From a virus (taxonomy: Duplodnaviria; Caudoviricetes), in the IMG/VR virus record IMGVR_UViG_3300023174_000037: a stretch of 64,000 nucleotides of DNA; one strand, 5' to 3'. The notes beneath the pieces were generated by a model, which saw only the letters and a program-made list of their open reading frames with translations, had not been told where the DNA came from and made no database searches. Positions within the stretch are counted from its first letter, which is position 1. Each line of letters starts with the position of its first letter. Shown in pieces: positions 1-7,835 of this stretch. A program made the position numbers and the translations under genes.

Positions 1-53
1 CAATGTTTGCCCAATATCCAGCGGGCTAATCGGATTCTTAATTGTTGTATCAT
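1..53 (-). CDS. hypothetical protein, N-terminal part only (runs off window)
   Basis: ATG at 53 overlaps the TGA of the upstream gene (ATGA coupling); reads MIQQLRIRLARWILGKH; hand-translated. Confidence 0.5.
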   Translation of the reverse strand, partial: MIQQLRIRLARWILGKH

Positions 54-475
54 GCAAACACTTCCTCTTCTAAATAGCGTTTAAGTTCTTTGTCAGTAGG
101 GTCAACGGTGTAATTGTTTTTGAAGAATATCTCATAACTGTCACTACCGTACTTGCCAATACCATATAACTCAGTAGCATCTTCCCCGTCCCACCGCCCA
201 AAATCATAGCTCATCTCAACCAACCTTTTATAACGCACATTTACCATGCCCAGGCTCCATATCACATCCTTGATCTCTTGTTCATGTGCCCTTACAAACT
301 TGCTGGGACTAGGCCAATAGTGCATGAAGATGGGGAATACTGTTTTGACAGGTTTGCGACCAGTCTGGTTCAACATGATCACTGCCACCATGTGTTGCCA
401 GGCCGCTATCCGGCCCTCTAGGCCATCCGGCAACTGCTGTTGCACCATGAGATCATCACGCAAGGGTTGGATCAT
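50..475 (-). CDS. MBD4-like HhH-GPD DNA glycosylase
   Basis: VAVIMLNQT...LGMVNVRYKRL...ELYGIGKYGSDSYEIF closely parallels the MBD4 catalytic domain (IELHGIGKYGNDSYRIF). Confidence 0.85.
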   Translation of the reverse strand: MIQPLRDDLMVQQQLPDGLEGRIAAWQHMVAVIMLNQTGRKPVKTVFPIFMHYWPSPSKFVRAHEQEIKDVIWSLGMVNVRYKRLVEMSYDFGRWDGEDATELYGIGKYGSDSYEIFFKNNYTVDPTDKELKRYLEEEVFA

Positions 476-651
476 TGCGTTTTTTCACCTTGTATCAGCT
501 CACCGGTGACCGCATTAACTCGTGCCCCAGATTCATTAATGTAGTAAGGCTGGCACATTTTGACACCATCCCAACGTTGTCCACACCAACACTCACCCGC
601 TTCGTTTATAATACAAGTGCCACTATCGCAACATCTAGGATCTACATTCAT
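472..651 (-). CDS. small Cys-rich hypothetical protein (59 aa), absent from ORF track
   Basis: Hand-translated MNVDPRCCDSGTCIINEAGECWCGQRWDGVKMCQPYY...; ATGA overlaps with both neighbours. Confidence 0.75.
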   Translation of the reverse strand: MNVDPRCCDSGTCIINEAGECWCGQRWDGVKMCQPYYINESGARVNAVTGELIQGEKTQ

Positions 652-1457
652 CTTGGGGCAAAGTCCTGTTGTAGTTTGATATTGTCCATGAACTCTTTCT
701 TGGTTCCAGAGTCTGTGGCGAAGCTACCTTTTAATACTGTGGTCTGTGTCAGACTCGAGTGCGCCATAATACCGCGATTCTCACAACAACCATGCGTGGC
801 CTGTATATACACACCTACATTCTCTGAGTCCGTGGCTCGCATTATTTCTCTTGCGATGTCGTTGCATAGTTCTTCTTGAAGTGTGCCACGACGAGCACAC
901 CACTGAGCGATCCTAGTATATTTAGACAGGCCAATAAGTTTATTAGCGGCGATGATTCCGATGTAAGCAACACCAGACACAGGCTGGTGATGATGACTGC
1001 ACATAGAACGCAGTTCGCTACGAACAACAAGCATGCCTTCATATCTATCCGCTGAATCATTTGGAAAAGCTGTTGCATCTGGTGCTGGATCATATCGACC
1101 TCCCATAATTTCGTTGTAATACATCTTGGCCAATCGCTTGGCTGTTCCTCGACTATTAGGATCTGTTTCACGATCAATTAATAAGGTGTCTAAGACCTTC
1201 TCAAATGCTTCGGTGGCTTCGTTGATTAGGATTTCCTTATCACCTTCGTGCAAGTAGTCGCTAATGTTGTCACCAGCCCAGAAACGTTTGTTATCACGCT
1301 TCATCTTAAAGCGGATAGCATCTGCTAAGTTAGCTTCTTCGTAGCCTTTATCGCCGATTACAGCATCTTCGTAGCCGGGATGGTATGGTGCTTCTACAAC
1401 CAATTGATCTGCTTTCAATCTATCGAATGTATCTTGGCTTGTATTTTTATCTGTCAA
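648..1457 (-). CDS. folE: GTP cyclohydrolase I
   Basis: DPNSRGTAKRLAKMY, SMCSHHHQP, IGLSKYTRI, HGCCENRG motifs. Confidence 0.97.
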   Translation of the reverse strand: MTDKNTSQDTFDRLKADQLVVEAPYHPGYEDAVIGDKGYEEANLADAIRFKMKRDNKRFWAGDNISDYLHEGDKEILINEATEAFEKVLDTLLIDRETDPNSRGTAKRLAKMYYNEIMGGRYDPAPDATAFPNDSADRYEGMLVVRSELRSMCSHHHQPVSGVAYIGIIAANKLIGLSKYTRIAQWCARRGTLQEELCNDIAREIMRATDSENVGVYIQATHGCCENRGIMAHSSLTQTTVLKGSFATDSGTKKEFMDNIKLQQDFAPR

Positions 1458-1512
1458 TTATATTCTCCGAGTTATAGTCGTGGATGACCAGTATTGTTAC
1501 TATTGTAACAGT

Positions 1513-1518
1513 TATTTA
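1513..1518 (-). promoter_or_regulatory. TAAATA late-promoter-like core upstream of folE
   Basis: TCTAAATAAC on the minus strand in the intergenic gap; the same hexamer recurs upstream of many genes. Confidence 0.45.
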
Positions 1519-1526
1519 GATTTAAA

Positions 1527-2105
1527 TCAACACTTAAATGGAATTTTTCTAAGATCAGGATAAACTCCAGGCTGTGCTTTTGGCTCAATGGTAGGTAATA
1601 GCTCTAGCCCTTTGATACACAGTTCTAAGGTAGGGCAATAATGGTAACCCAAGATCAATTCGGTTTCTTCCTGCCACGGTATATTTAGATCTCTACCATC
1701 CGACCGTTGTCGGCTAAACAGCCGGTATGCATCTGGGTTATCTAGTAAGATAGCACCCACCTTGCCTAACTGTAATGGTTTGGTCCAACCAAAACTAAGA
1801 CACTGCATTGCGCCCGGCCGGTACATTCCTGGTTCAAGTCTGCGAGCACTATCCCAAATCCTTGTGTTCTTAAACTGATATTCACCGACCCAGGCTTCAT
1901 CAAGCATTTCATAATCTATATCCAGATGCGTCAACGTCATTGGAACACTTAGATATGTATATGCTGGAAACTGACATTCTTTGACCTGTTCGTACCGCAT
2001 ACACAACTCAATGGCGTGTGTGCAACCGTCAGTTAAAACCACATATGGAGCACCTGTGTATTCAGCTAAGGCTTGCTCAAATTCAAATAATTTTTGAAAA
2101 CTCAT
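1527..2105 (-). CDS. DegT/DnrJ/EryC1/StrS-family PLP aminotransferase-like protein (short)
   Basis: FEQALAEYTGAPYVVLTDGCTHAIEL, WDSA, CLSFGWTKPLQLGKVGAIL (SF-x-x-x-K Schiff-base Lys pattern). Confidence 0.8.
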   Translation of the reverse strand: MSFQKLFEFEQALAEYTGAPYVVLTDGCTHAIELCMRYEQVKECQFPAYTYLSVPMTLTHLDIDYEMLDEAWVGEYQFKNTRIWDSARRLEPGMYRPGAMQCLSFGWTKPLQLGKVGAILLDNPDAYRLFSRQRSDGRDLNIPWQEETELILGYHYCPTLELCIKGLELLPTIEPKAQPGVYPDLRKIPFKC

Positions 2106-2461
2106 TCTGACAGGTGATCTTTCTTGATTTCACGTACCGGACAACTTAATTTTTCTGCCATTAAATTTTTAAGTGCCACACGCTTATTATTATGATCTCG
2201 AATAGCAATAGCACGGCGTCCTATTTCTTCCAATGCAAGTTCTGCCTCTCGACCTGTTTTAAGTTCTGCCTCTAGGTTCCATATTTCGTTGTGTATGCGT
2301 TTAAGATCTTCGTACTCGTTGGCAATTTTTTCAAGGTTAATATGAAGAGCTTGATACTTGTACCATGCTAATTCTTCGTTGTTAGCGCCGGTACGTTGGA
2401 ATTTAATCTCAGCGATGGCTAGTCTATCAACTAATTCAATAATGGGAAATTTTAGATTCAT
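2102..2461 (-). CDS. hypothetical coiled-coil protein
   Basis: 119 aa ORF translationally coupled within the operon. Confidence 0.75.
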   Translation of the reverse strand: MNLKFPIIELVDRLAIAEIKFQRTGANNEELAWYKYQALHINLEKIANEYEDLKRIHNEIWNLEAELKTGREAELALEEIGRRAIAIRDHNNKRVALKNLMAEKLSCPVREIKKDHLSE

Positions 2462-3111
2462 AGTTTAATTTGCTTGATTAAATGATCCGTCCACATTTGA
2501 TGCCCTATTGCATTTATGTGTTGATCTGTTTTGCTCAGTGCTACTTTATTTTCTACAATAAATTCTAACATAAAATTGTCATTTTGCCTGATAATTTGGT
2601 CAACACTTTCTTTGCTAAAATAAAATGGCAAGTATTGGCATGGCACTTTGAGGGCAACACTATCCATACAGGCTTCAAAATTACAGCGTTGTTCGTATTC
2701 CGAATAGTAGTTGTTAAACCAGGAATCATAAAATTCTACTGTAGAATTTTTAGGTTTTGCAGACCAAACCCATCCATCATTCTGTTTAGCATTAAAACTT
2801 CTAAATAAAGTTTTTGTTTCTGTTTGGTAAACTAACCCTGTTTTGGCTGTAGTAACATGAATTGGATTATTTGGATCAAAAACAAATGATTTTCTTGACG
2901 GATGACTCCATCCAATTATGATTATGTCATCATGATTGATTTTTTTATAATTTTCTAAAAAAGAATGATAGATAAAAAAATTGTCTGCTCCTTCTTGAGC
3001 AAAATTGACATATTCACAATCTAATTTTTTAGATAATAAAAATGGCCAAGACTGTTGTTCTTCTAGACCATGCGCCAAACACATACTATGGCCAAAGATC
3101 CATAATTTCAT
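2458..3111 (-). CDS. SGNH/GDSL-like hydrolase or acyltransferase
   Basis: N-terminal IFGHS, GADN block, C-terminal DQHINAIGH. Confidence 0.6.
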   Translation of the reverse strand: MKLWIFGHSMCLAHGLEEQQSWPFLLSKKLDCEYVNFAQEGADNFFIYHSFLENYKKINHDDIIIIGWSHPSRKSFVFDPNNPIHVTTAKTGLVYQTETKTLFRSFNAKQNDGWVWSAKPKNSTVEFYDSWFNNYYSEYEQRCNFEACMDSVALKVPCQYLPFYFSKESVDQIIRQNDNFMLEFIVENKVALSKTDQHINAIGHQMWTDHLIKQIKL

Positions 3112-4136
3112 AGATATAATCCTTCAATTTCTTTGGGATTATTCAATATATTTTGTATTTTAATGTTACTAATATTTGGTCTACATGGAGCACAAAATTC
3201 TACACGAGTTTTATTATATATTTCATAATGTCTTTCGTTCAACCAACTATTTCGGAAGTCCCCGGAATCCCAGTCAGCCAATTCAAATTGTGGATTTCCT
3301 TTGCCTTCACAACAAATGTATATTTTGCCGTCGGCACAAAATACAGGAAAGTGAAACATCTGATGACACTTTTTATAATTACGCGGCAGTGTTTTATTTT
3401 GATTGGCGTAGTAGGGCAACTTGTATTCTTGACTATATTTGTCTAACCTAGAAATAGTCTCTTCGGTAATAGGATAGGCTTGGTTGTTAATAATTACCGG
3501 ACGAAAATACAGCATACGTCCACCTAGTTGTTTAACCAACTTAAACAGATCGTTCATTGCTTCGTCAGTGTCGTTTAACGGATTAATTAATGCCTTAAAA
3601 TCAACATTGACTCCGGCTTGGATTAGGCCACGTGCATTGTCGCATACCTTAGTAAACAAACTTTTAGCAGTTAGGCTCCGACGTATTTTTTCATACAATG
3701 GTTGGGTTCCAGCATCAATATCAACACCAATCCAGGCCAACTTACGCAATTTATCCACGTGAACATTATCTAACAAACGATCTAAATTGCTGCCATTGGT
3801 AGTGATACTTCCAAGGAATCCTAGATCTATTGTGTGTTCAATGACTTGTTCGTAGTTGACCAATACAGTAGGCTCTCCTCCACCCGGATATGTTATAGTA
3901 TGCGTTGTTCCGTAACTGTTGGGAGTATGCGCTCTCCAACCGGCTAATTTATCTAGCAAGGAAATGTATTCTGTATATTTTTTTTGCACAGGCATTGCTG
4001 CTCTAAAGTCTGCACTGTTGCAGTAATAGCAGTCTTGATTGCATACATTAGTTAAATCAATGTCTACTTGTGCGGGCAATATTTTCATTGTGCCCTGATT
4101 TTTCATCCAATGAACTAGTTCGGCATATTGATACAT
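3108..4136 (-). CDS. radical SAM protein with SPASM/twitch-like C-terminus
   Basis: CNQDCYYC, GGGEPT, C-terminal C...ICC...CAPC. Confidence 0.9.
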   Translation of the reverse strand: MYQYAELVHWMKNQGTMKILPAQVDIDLTNVCNQDCYYCNSADFRAAMPVQKKYTEYISLLDKLAGWRAHTPNSYGTTHTITYPGGGEPTVLVNYEQVIEHTIDLGFLGSITTNGSNLDRLLDNVHVDKLRKLAWIGVDIDAGTQPLYEKIRRSLTAKSLFTKVCDNARGLIQAGVNVDFKALINPLNDTDEAMNDLFKLVKQLGGRMLYFRPVIINNQAYPITEETISRLDKYSQEYKLPYYANQNKTLPRNYKKCHQMFHFPVFCADGKIYICCEGKGNPQFELADWDSGDFRNSWLNERHYEIYNKTRVEFCAPCRPNISNIKIQNILNNPKEIEGLYL

Positions 4137-4139
4137 CAG

Positions 4140-5093
4140 TTACTTATTGTACCAAGTCCATGCGTGTTGGATAACATCAGTTAACCCAAATTTTGGTTGC
4201 CACGAACTTGCACTCATAAATTTAGTAGGATCGGCAACAAGTTGAGCTGGATCTCCACTGCGTCTTGGACCATGCAAGTAGGCTATGTCTTTACTCAGCA
4301 CAGCAGATGCCGCCTGCAATACTTGTAGATTGCTATGACCTTGGTTGGTACCTAAATTATAAATGTTGGATTTAACGGAAGGATCAATTGCGGCAATATG
4401 AGCCTCGGCTAAATCCTCTACGTGGATATAATCACGAACGCAGGTGCCATCTGGGGTTTCATAGTCGGTGCCATACATAGTAAAGTCTTTGCCATCGCGA
4501 ACACTTTCTAAAAGTCTAGCAACAATATGTGTAGCACCTGGTGCTTGTCCATGACGACCTTGACTATCAGCACCACAGGCATTAAAATAACGGAATGAAA
4601 CAAAGTCCAAACCATATGCACGTTGGTAACTTCGCAACATCCAGTCAATCATCAATTTGCTTTCACCATATGGGCTAATTGGCTCAGTAGGATCAACTTC
4701 CTGCACAGGAGTCATAATAGGATTGCCATAGGTTGCGGCACTGCTACTAAAAATAATCCTAACTTGTTTGTCGTGATTTTTAACCAGATAGTCTAATAAA
4801 ATTTTAGTCTTGACAAAATTGTTATTGTAGTATTCTTCTGGATCCTGCACACTAGGACCAACCAGACTAGTACCAGCACAATGAACAATGGCATCAGGAC
4901 AAAATCTTTTAATAGAATCCAGTCCTATCTCACCAGAGTAATCCCCAGTGTGCCATTGACACGGAACAGGAATCAAATTCCCAGGTGGCATTACTCGATC
5001 AATAGCCAGCACATCGTGACCAGCATCTACTAATTTTAATAAAGTCTCGCCACCAATAAATCCTGCGGCACCAGTAACTACAACTTTGCTCAT
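4140..5093 (-). CDS. galE: UDP-glucose 4-epimerase
   Basis: GAAGFIG, FSSSAATYG, YGESK, RYFNACG, DGTCVRDYIHVEDLA. Confidence 0.95.
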   Translation of the reverse strand: MSKVVVTGAAGFIGGETLLKLVDAGHDVLAIDRVMPPGNLIPVPCQWHTGDYSGEIGLDSIKRFCPDAIVHCAGTSLVGPSVQDPEEYYNNNFVKTKILLDYLVKNHDKQVRIIFSSSAATYGNPIMTPVQEVDPTEPISPYGESKLMIDWMLRSYQRAYGLDFVSFRYFNACGADSQGRHGQAPGATHIVARLLESVRDGKDFTMYGTDYETPDGTCVRDYIHVEDLAEAHIAAIDPSVKSNIYNLGTNQGHSNLQVLQAASAVLSKDIAYLHGPRRSGDPAQLVADPTKFMSASSWQPKFGLTDVIQHAWTWYNK

Positions 5094-6295
5094 CCTTCAA
5101 TTTTCCTTACGTGGTATTTGGCTTGACTCACATGATCTCGATATCTATTGCCTGCACGATTCCATACCTCGCCTTGGCCTTCTAAGATATCCACAATACG
5201 ATCTACTGTGCCATCTGTCCAATTTGAGATTAACCCCATGTTGTGATGTGGTGTTTGTAACAAGTTTTCTAACTTGTGGTATGCATCGTCGATACTCCAG
5301 GGCACATATAATCGGTTGGGGTCGTTAGCAAAAGTTTCAGGAAAGCTACGGTAAGCAGGATAGAGAACGTTACAGCCCAAAGTGTCTGCTTCAGAGACTG
5401 TGTTAGAGACCCAGTCTTGTAATGCACAATTAAAAAGAACACGAGTATCATTAAGCAAATTATAATAGTCATTTTTCTTCAAGTTCTCATAAATTACGAG
5501 TTTGCCCTCACGTTCTAACTGACGGGCACGATTGATATATTCAGGATTGTTACTGCGTAATGGGCCACCTTGGAACACAGCAAACTCAACGTTTTTAACA
5601 CGACCCTGTGCGTGATACATTTCAATCAAGTCCATAAAGAATCCAGGTTGCTTCTCTTGATCAAAGCGGGCGGCAAAACCCACACGCATTCGACGTTGGT
5701 CAAACGGTTTGATATTTTGTGAGCCACCTATACGCTCTAGCACTTCCGCTTTGCCAAATGCCAATCCACTAATATTGTAGATCGGTGCTTCCCAACCTGC
5801 AATACGCATATGAGCAACCATTTCTTCATTAGTTGCCAATACACCAGTGGCAAATTCATTAACCATTTTTTCATAGATGCCCATCCACTTTGCCATACCC
5901 CACACATGAACAAAGTCATCTGGATCAATGGCCTGAGCAAGACAGCGAACATAAATCCTAGGACGCTGGTTAGGATCCACTTGATCGAGAATATAAGGTA
6001 AGCTCTCGATACCGGGTTGAAACATGTCTTCAAAATAGATGACATCTTCACTGGTAACTTCTCCATTACGCATCATTTGAACTAGATTCATCATCTGGCT
6101 CATGCTGAAATAGGACCTGCCGTGTGCGTCTAGAACCTGACCTACACTAATACTTTGTGTGTTGTCAATAGTGATGCCAGGAACATAGACTACATCTAAG
6201 CCGCGTCGGTCAAACACACGACGGTTCCATTCTGTGAGTTGTAGTGTATAACGGGCCTCGTAACTCTCAAGACCCATATAAAATAACTTACGCAC
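5090..6295 (-). CDS. GT-B fold glycosyltransferase
   Basis: ARFDQEKQP, DWVSNTVSEADTLGC, YRSFPE resemble the C-terminal Rossmann domain of retaining GT-B enzymes; GTG start at 6295 preferred because the ORF-track extension runs through the neighbouring gene. Confidence 0.75.
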   Translation of the reverse strand: MRKLFYMGLESYEARYTLQLTEWNRRVFDRRGLDVVYVPGITIDNTQSISVGQVLDAHGRSYFSMSQMMNLVQMMRNGEVTSEDVIYFEDMFQPGIESLPYILDQVDPNQRPRIYVRCLAQAIDPDDFVHVWGMAKWMGIYEKMVNEFATGVLATNEEMVAHMRIAGWEAPIYNISGLAFGKAEVLERIGGSQNIKPFDQRRMRVGFAARFDQEKQPGFFMDLIEMYHAQGRVKNVEFAVFQGGPLRSNNPEYINRARQLEREGKLVIYENLKKNDYYNLLNDTRVLFNCALQDWVSNTVSEADTLGCNVLYPAYRSFPETFANDPNRLYVPWSIDDAYHKLENLLQTPHHNMGLISNWTDGTVDRIVDILEGQGEVWNRAGNRYRDHVSQAKYHVRKIEG

Positions 6296-6515
6296 GGCGG
6301 TGTCCTGAGAATCTACGGCTATCTTCGTCCCACATGTTCTTGGCATTCTTGCCTTGGGTGAACTTGTTATACTGTTGCCAAGCATAACTGCGGAAGTTAT
6401 ACAAGTCTTCCTCTCGATATCTGTAGCCATAATCTTTACAGAATTCCAAGTAGTTTGACAAATCTTCTAATGCTTGAAGTGCTCTTGGATTTGCACGAAA
6501 TTGGGTTTTGCCCAT
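6288..6515 (-). CDS. hypothetical protein
   Basis: 75 aa ORF with an AAGGA ribosome-binding site. Confidence 0.75.
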   Translation of the reverse strand: MGKTQFRANPRALQALEDLSNYLEFCKDYGYRYREEDLYNFRSYAWQQYNKFTQGKNAKNMWDEDSRRFSGHRRA

Positions 6516-6526
6516 GATATTTCCTT

Positions 6527-6976
6527 TTAAATTACAATTGAATGACTTGGACGGGTGAGGTTATAATTAATTGAGCATCCGTTTTCACCGTCCTCGGACA
6601 CTTCAATTGTAACACAACGATTGGGATAACGTGCAGCAATTTGGAGATATAAGTCATCGGCAATCATTTCGCAAGACTTAAAGTCTAATTCTAAAACGGT
6701 ATTCGCACCGCTATACAACGCTTCGAGCCATCGTTTGAACTGGATAAACTCGATGTCTCGGTCATTGTGCCACACATCGATTGACACCCTGAAATGAAAT
6801 ATATGGCGATGAGGATTAGCAAGGAACGCAACATTGTATTCATCGCTAGTATTTAACTGTGGATCTGTTGCGGCTGCTGGATAACAATGGATTCCTTCCT
6901 TACGGAATGTAACCCAAATCTGTCGACCTGCGGCTTCTTTGATGCGCTCAACTGTTTCTCTTTCTGCTTGTATCAT
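6527..6976 (-). CDS. queD: QueD-like 6-carboxytetrahydropterin synthase (T-fold)
   Basis: EGIH...HRHIFH metal-binding histidines, IEFIQFK, SCEMIA, VSEDGENG; located between the TGT-like gene and folE. Confidence 0.75.
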   Translation of the reverse strand: MIQAERETVERIKEAAGRQIWVTFRKEGIHCYPAAATDPQLNTSDEYNVAFLANPHRHIFHFRVSIDVWHNDRDIEFIQFKRWLEALYSGANTVLELDFKSCEMIADDLYLQIAARYPNRCVTIEVSEDGENGCSINYNLTRPSHSIVI

Positions 6977-7299
6977 TTTTGTAATAACTCCATAGTTACA
7001 ATTTTGCCGATTGATTCTGACAAGTCTTGGTCAGAAGTGACGATATGTAATTTGACCCGTTGCTCATCTTTTTTGTAGTCGTACCATCTGGTCTCTATCA
7101 GTGTGCCGCCATTGACGGCCTGCACACTAAACCTAATAGGGTCTGGCAGCTCTATACCATTTGAAATGTCGTCGTCAATTATTGAAAGAGAATTAGATAT
7201 GGCACGACCTTTTCGGCGTACCTTAATCTCATCCTCTCTAATATCACGATTGAAATCCCAACCCCATTTCATTAAGTTTGACCATAACCATCTAATCAT
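6973..7299 (-). CDS. hypothetical protein
   Basis: 108 aa ORF coupled in the operon. Confidence 0.7.
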   Translation of the reverse strand: MIRWLWSNLMKWGWDFNRDIREDEIKVRRKGRAISNSLSIIDDDISNGIELPDPIRFSVQAVNGGTLIETRWYDYKKDEQRVKLHIVTSDQDLSESIGKIVTMELLQK

Positions 7300-7835
7300 T
7301 GTATTACTTCGTCCTTGGTATATTTAGACCAGTCAGTAAACACTGATCTTTTTTGTAAGTCGTGTAGACTGTGACACCACACTCCGGGATTGGTTGCGGC
7401 AAAATCCTTGTCATCCAGTTTGAGTGTAGCATTATAACCCAATTGATTGATGTAGGGCAACTTTACTGAAATCATAGGAATAAAGTTGTGATTCTCTGTT
7501 AGGCCACTTTCCAACAGGCCTTCTACACAAGTGCTATCAATGTCCAAGGTACATAGAATGTTCCGTTCCAACACTGAATGAATCATGGTCTCCCAAGGTG
7601 CCCAGCCTGCTCCATCGTTTACAGCCAGCTGAGGAAAACTCATATTGGCTCCAAAATACACATGTTCAATGTGTTGACTAGAATCCAGTAGCGACCGAGA
7701 ATCATTTACTATTTCAAGAATTTTATGATAGTCTTGAATACCGACCACAAACAGAGTTTTCTTGCCGTAAGCAGGGGTATGTTCAACTTCAGTTCCTATA
7801 AAGAAACTAACGTCACTGTGTCCATCTCTGTTCAT
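7296..7835 (-). CDS. hypothetical protein directly downstream of the TGT-like gene
   Basis: 179 aa ORF; start overlaps the TGT-like stop. Confidence 0.8.
   Translation of the reverse strand: MNRDGHSDVSFFIGTEVEHTPAYGKKTLFVVGIQDYHKILEIVNDSRSLLDSSQHIEHVYFGANMSFPQLAVNDGAGWAPWETMIHSVLERNILCTLDIDSTCVEGLLESGLTENHNFIPMISVKLPYINQLGYNATLKLDDKDFAATNPGVWCHSLHDLQKRSVFTDWSKYTKDEVIQ

Noticed and set aside
3108-4136. Calling this radical SAM QueE to complete the preQ0 pathway
   Set aside because: It is longer than QueE, has a SPASM-like tail and lacks QueE-type context; queE/queC may lie outside the window.
5090-6430. ORF-track N-terminal extensions (GT from 6430; also clamp 10326, MTase 11359, MazG 53369, PhoH 46306)
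   Set aside because: They run through neighbouring genes or lack an RBS; downstream coupled starts are more plausible.
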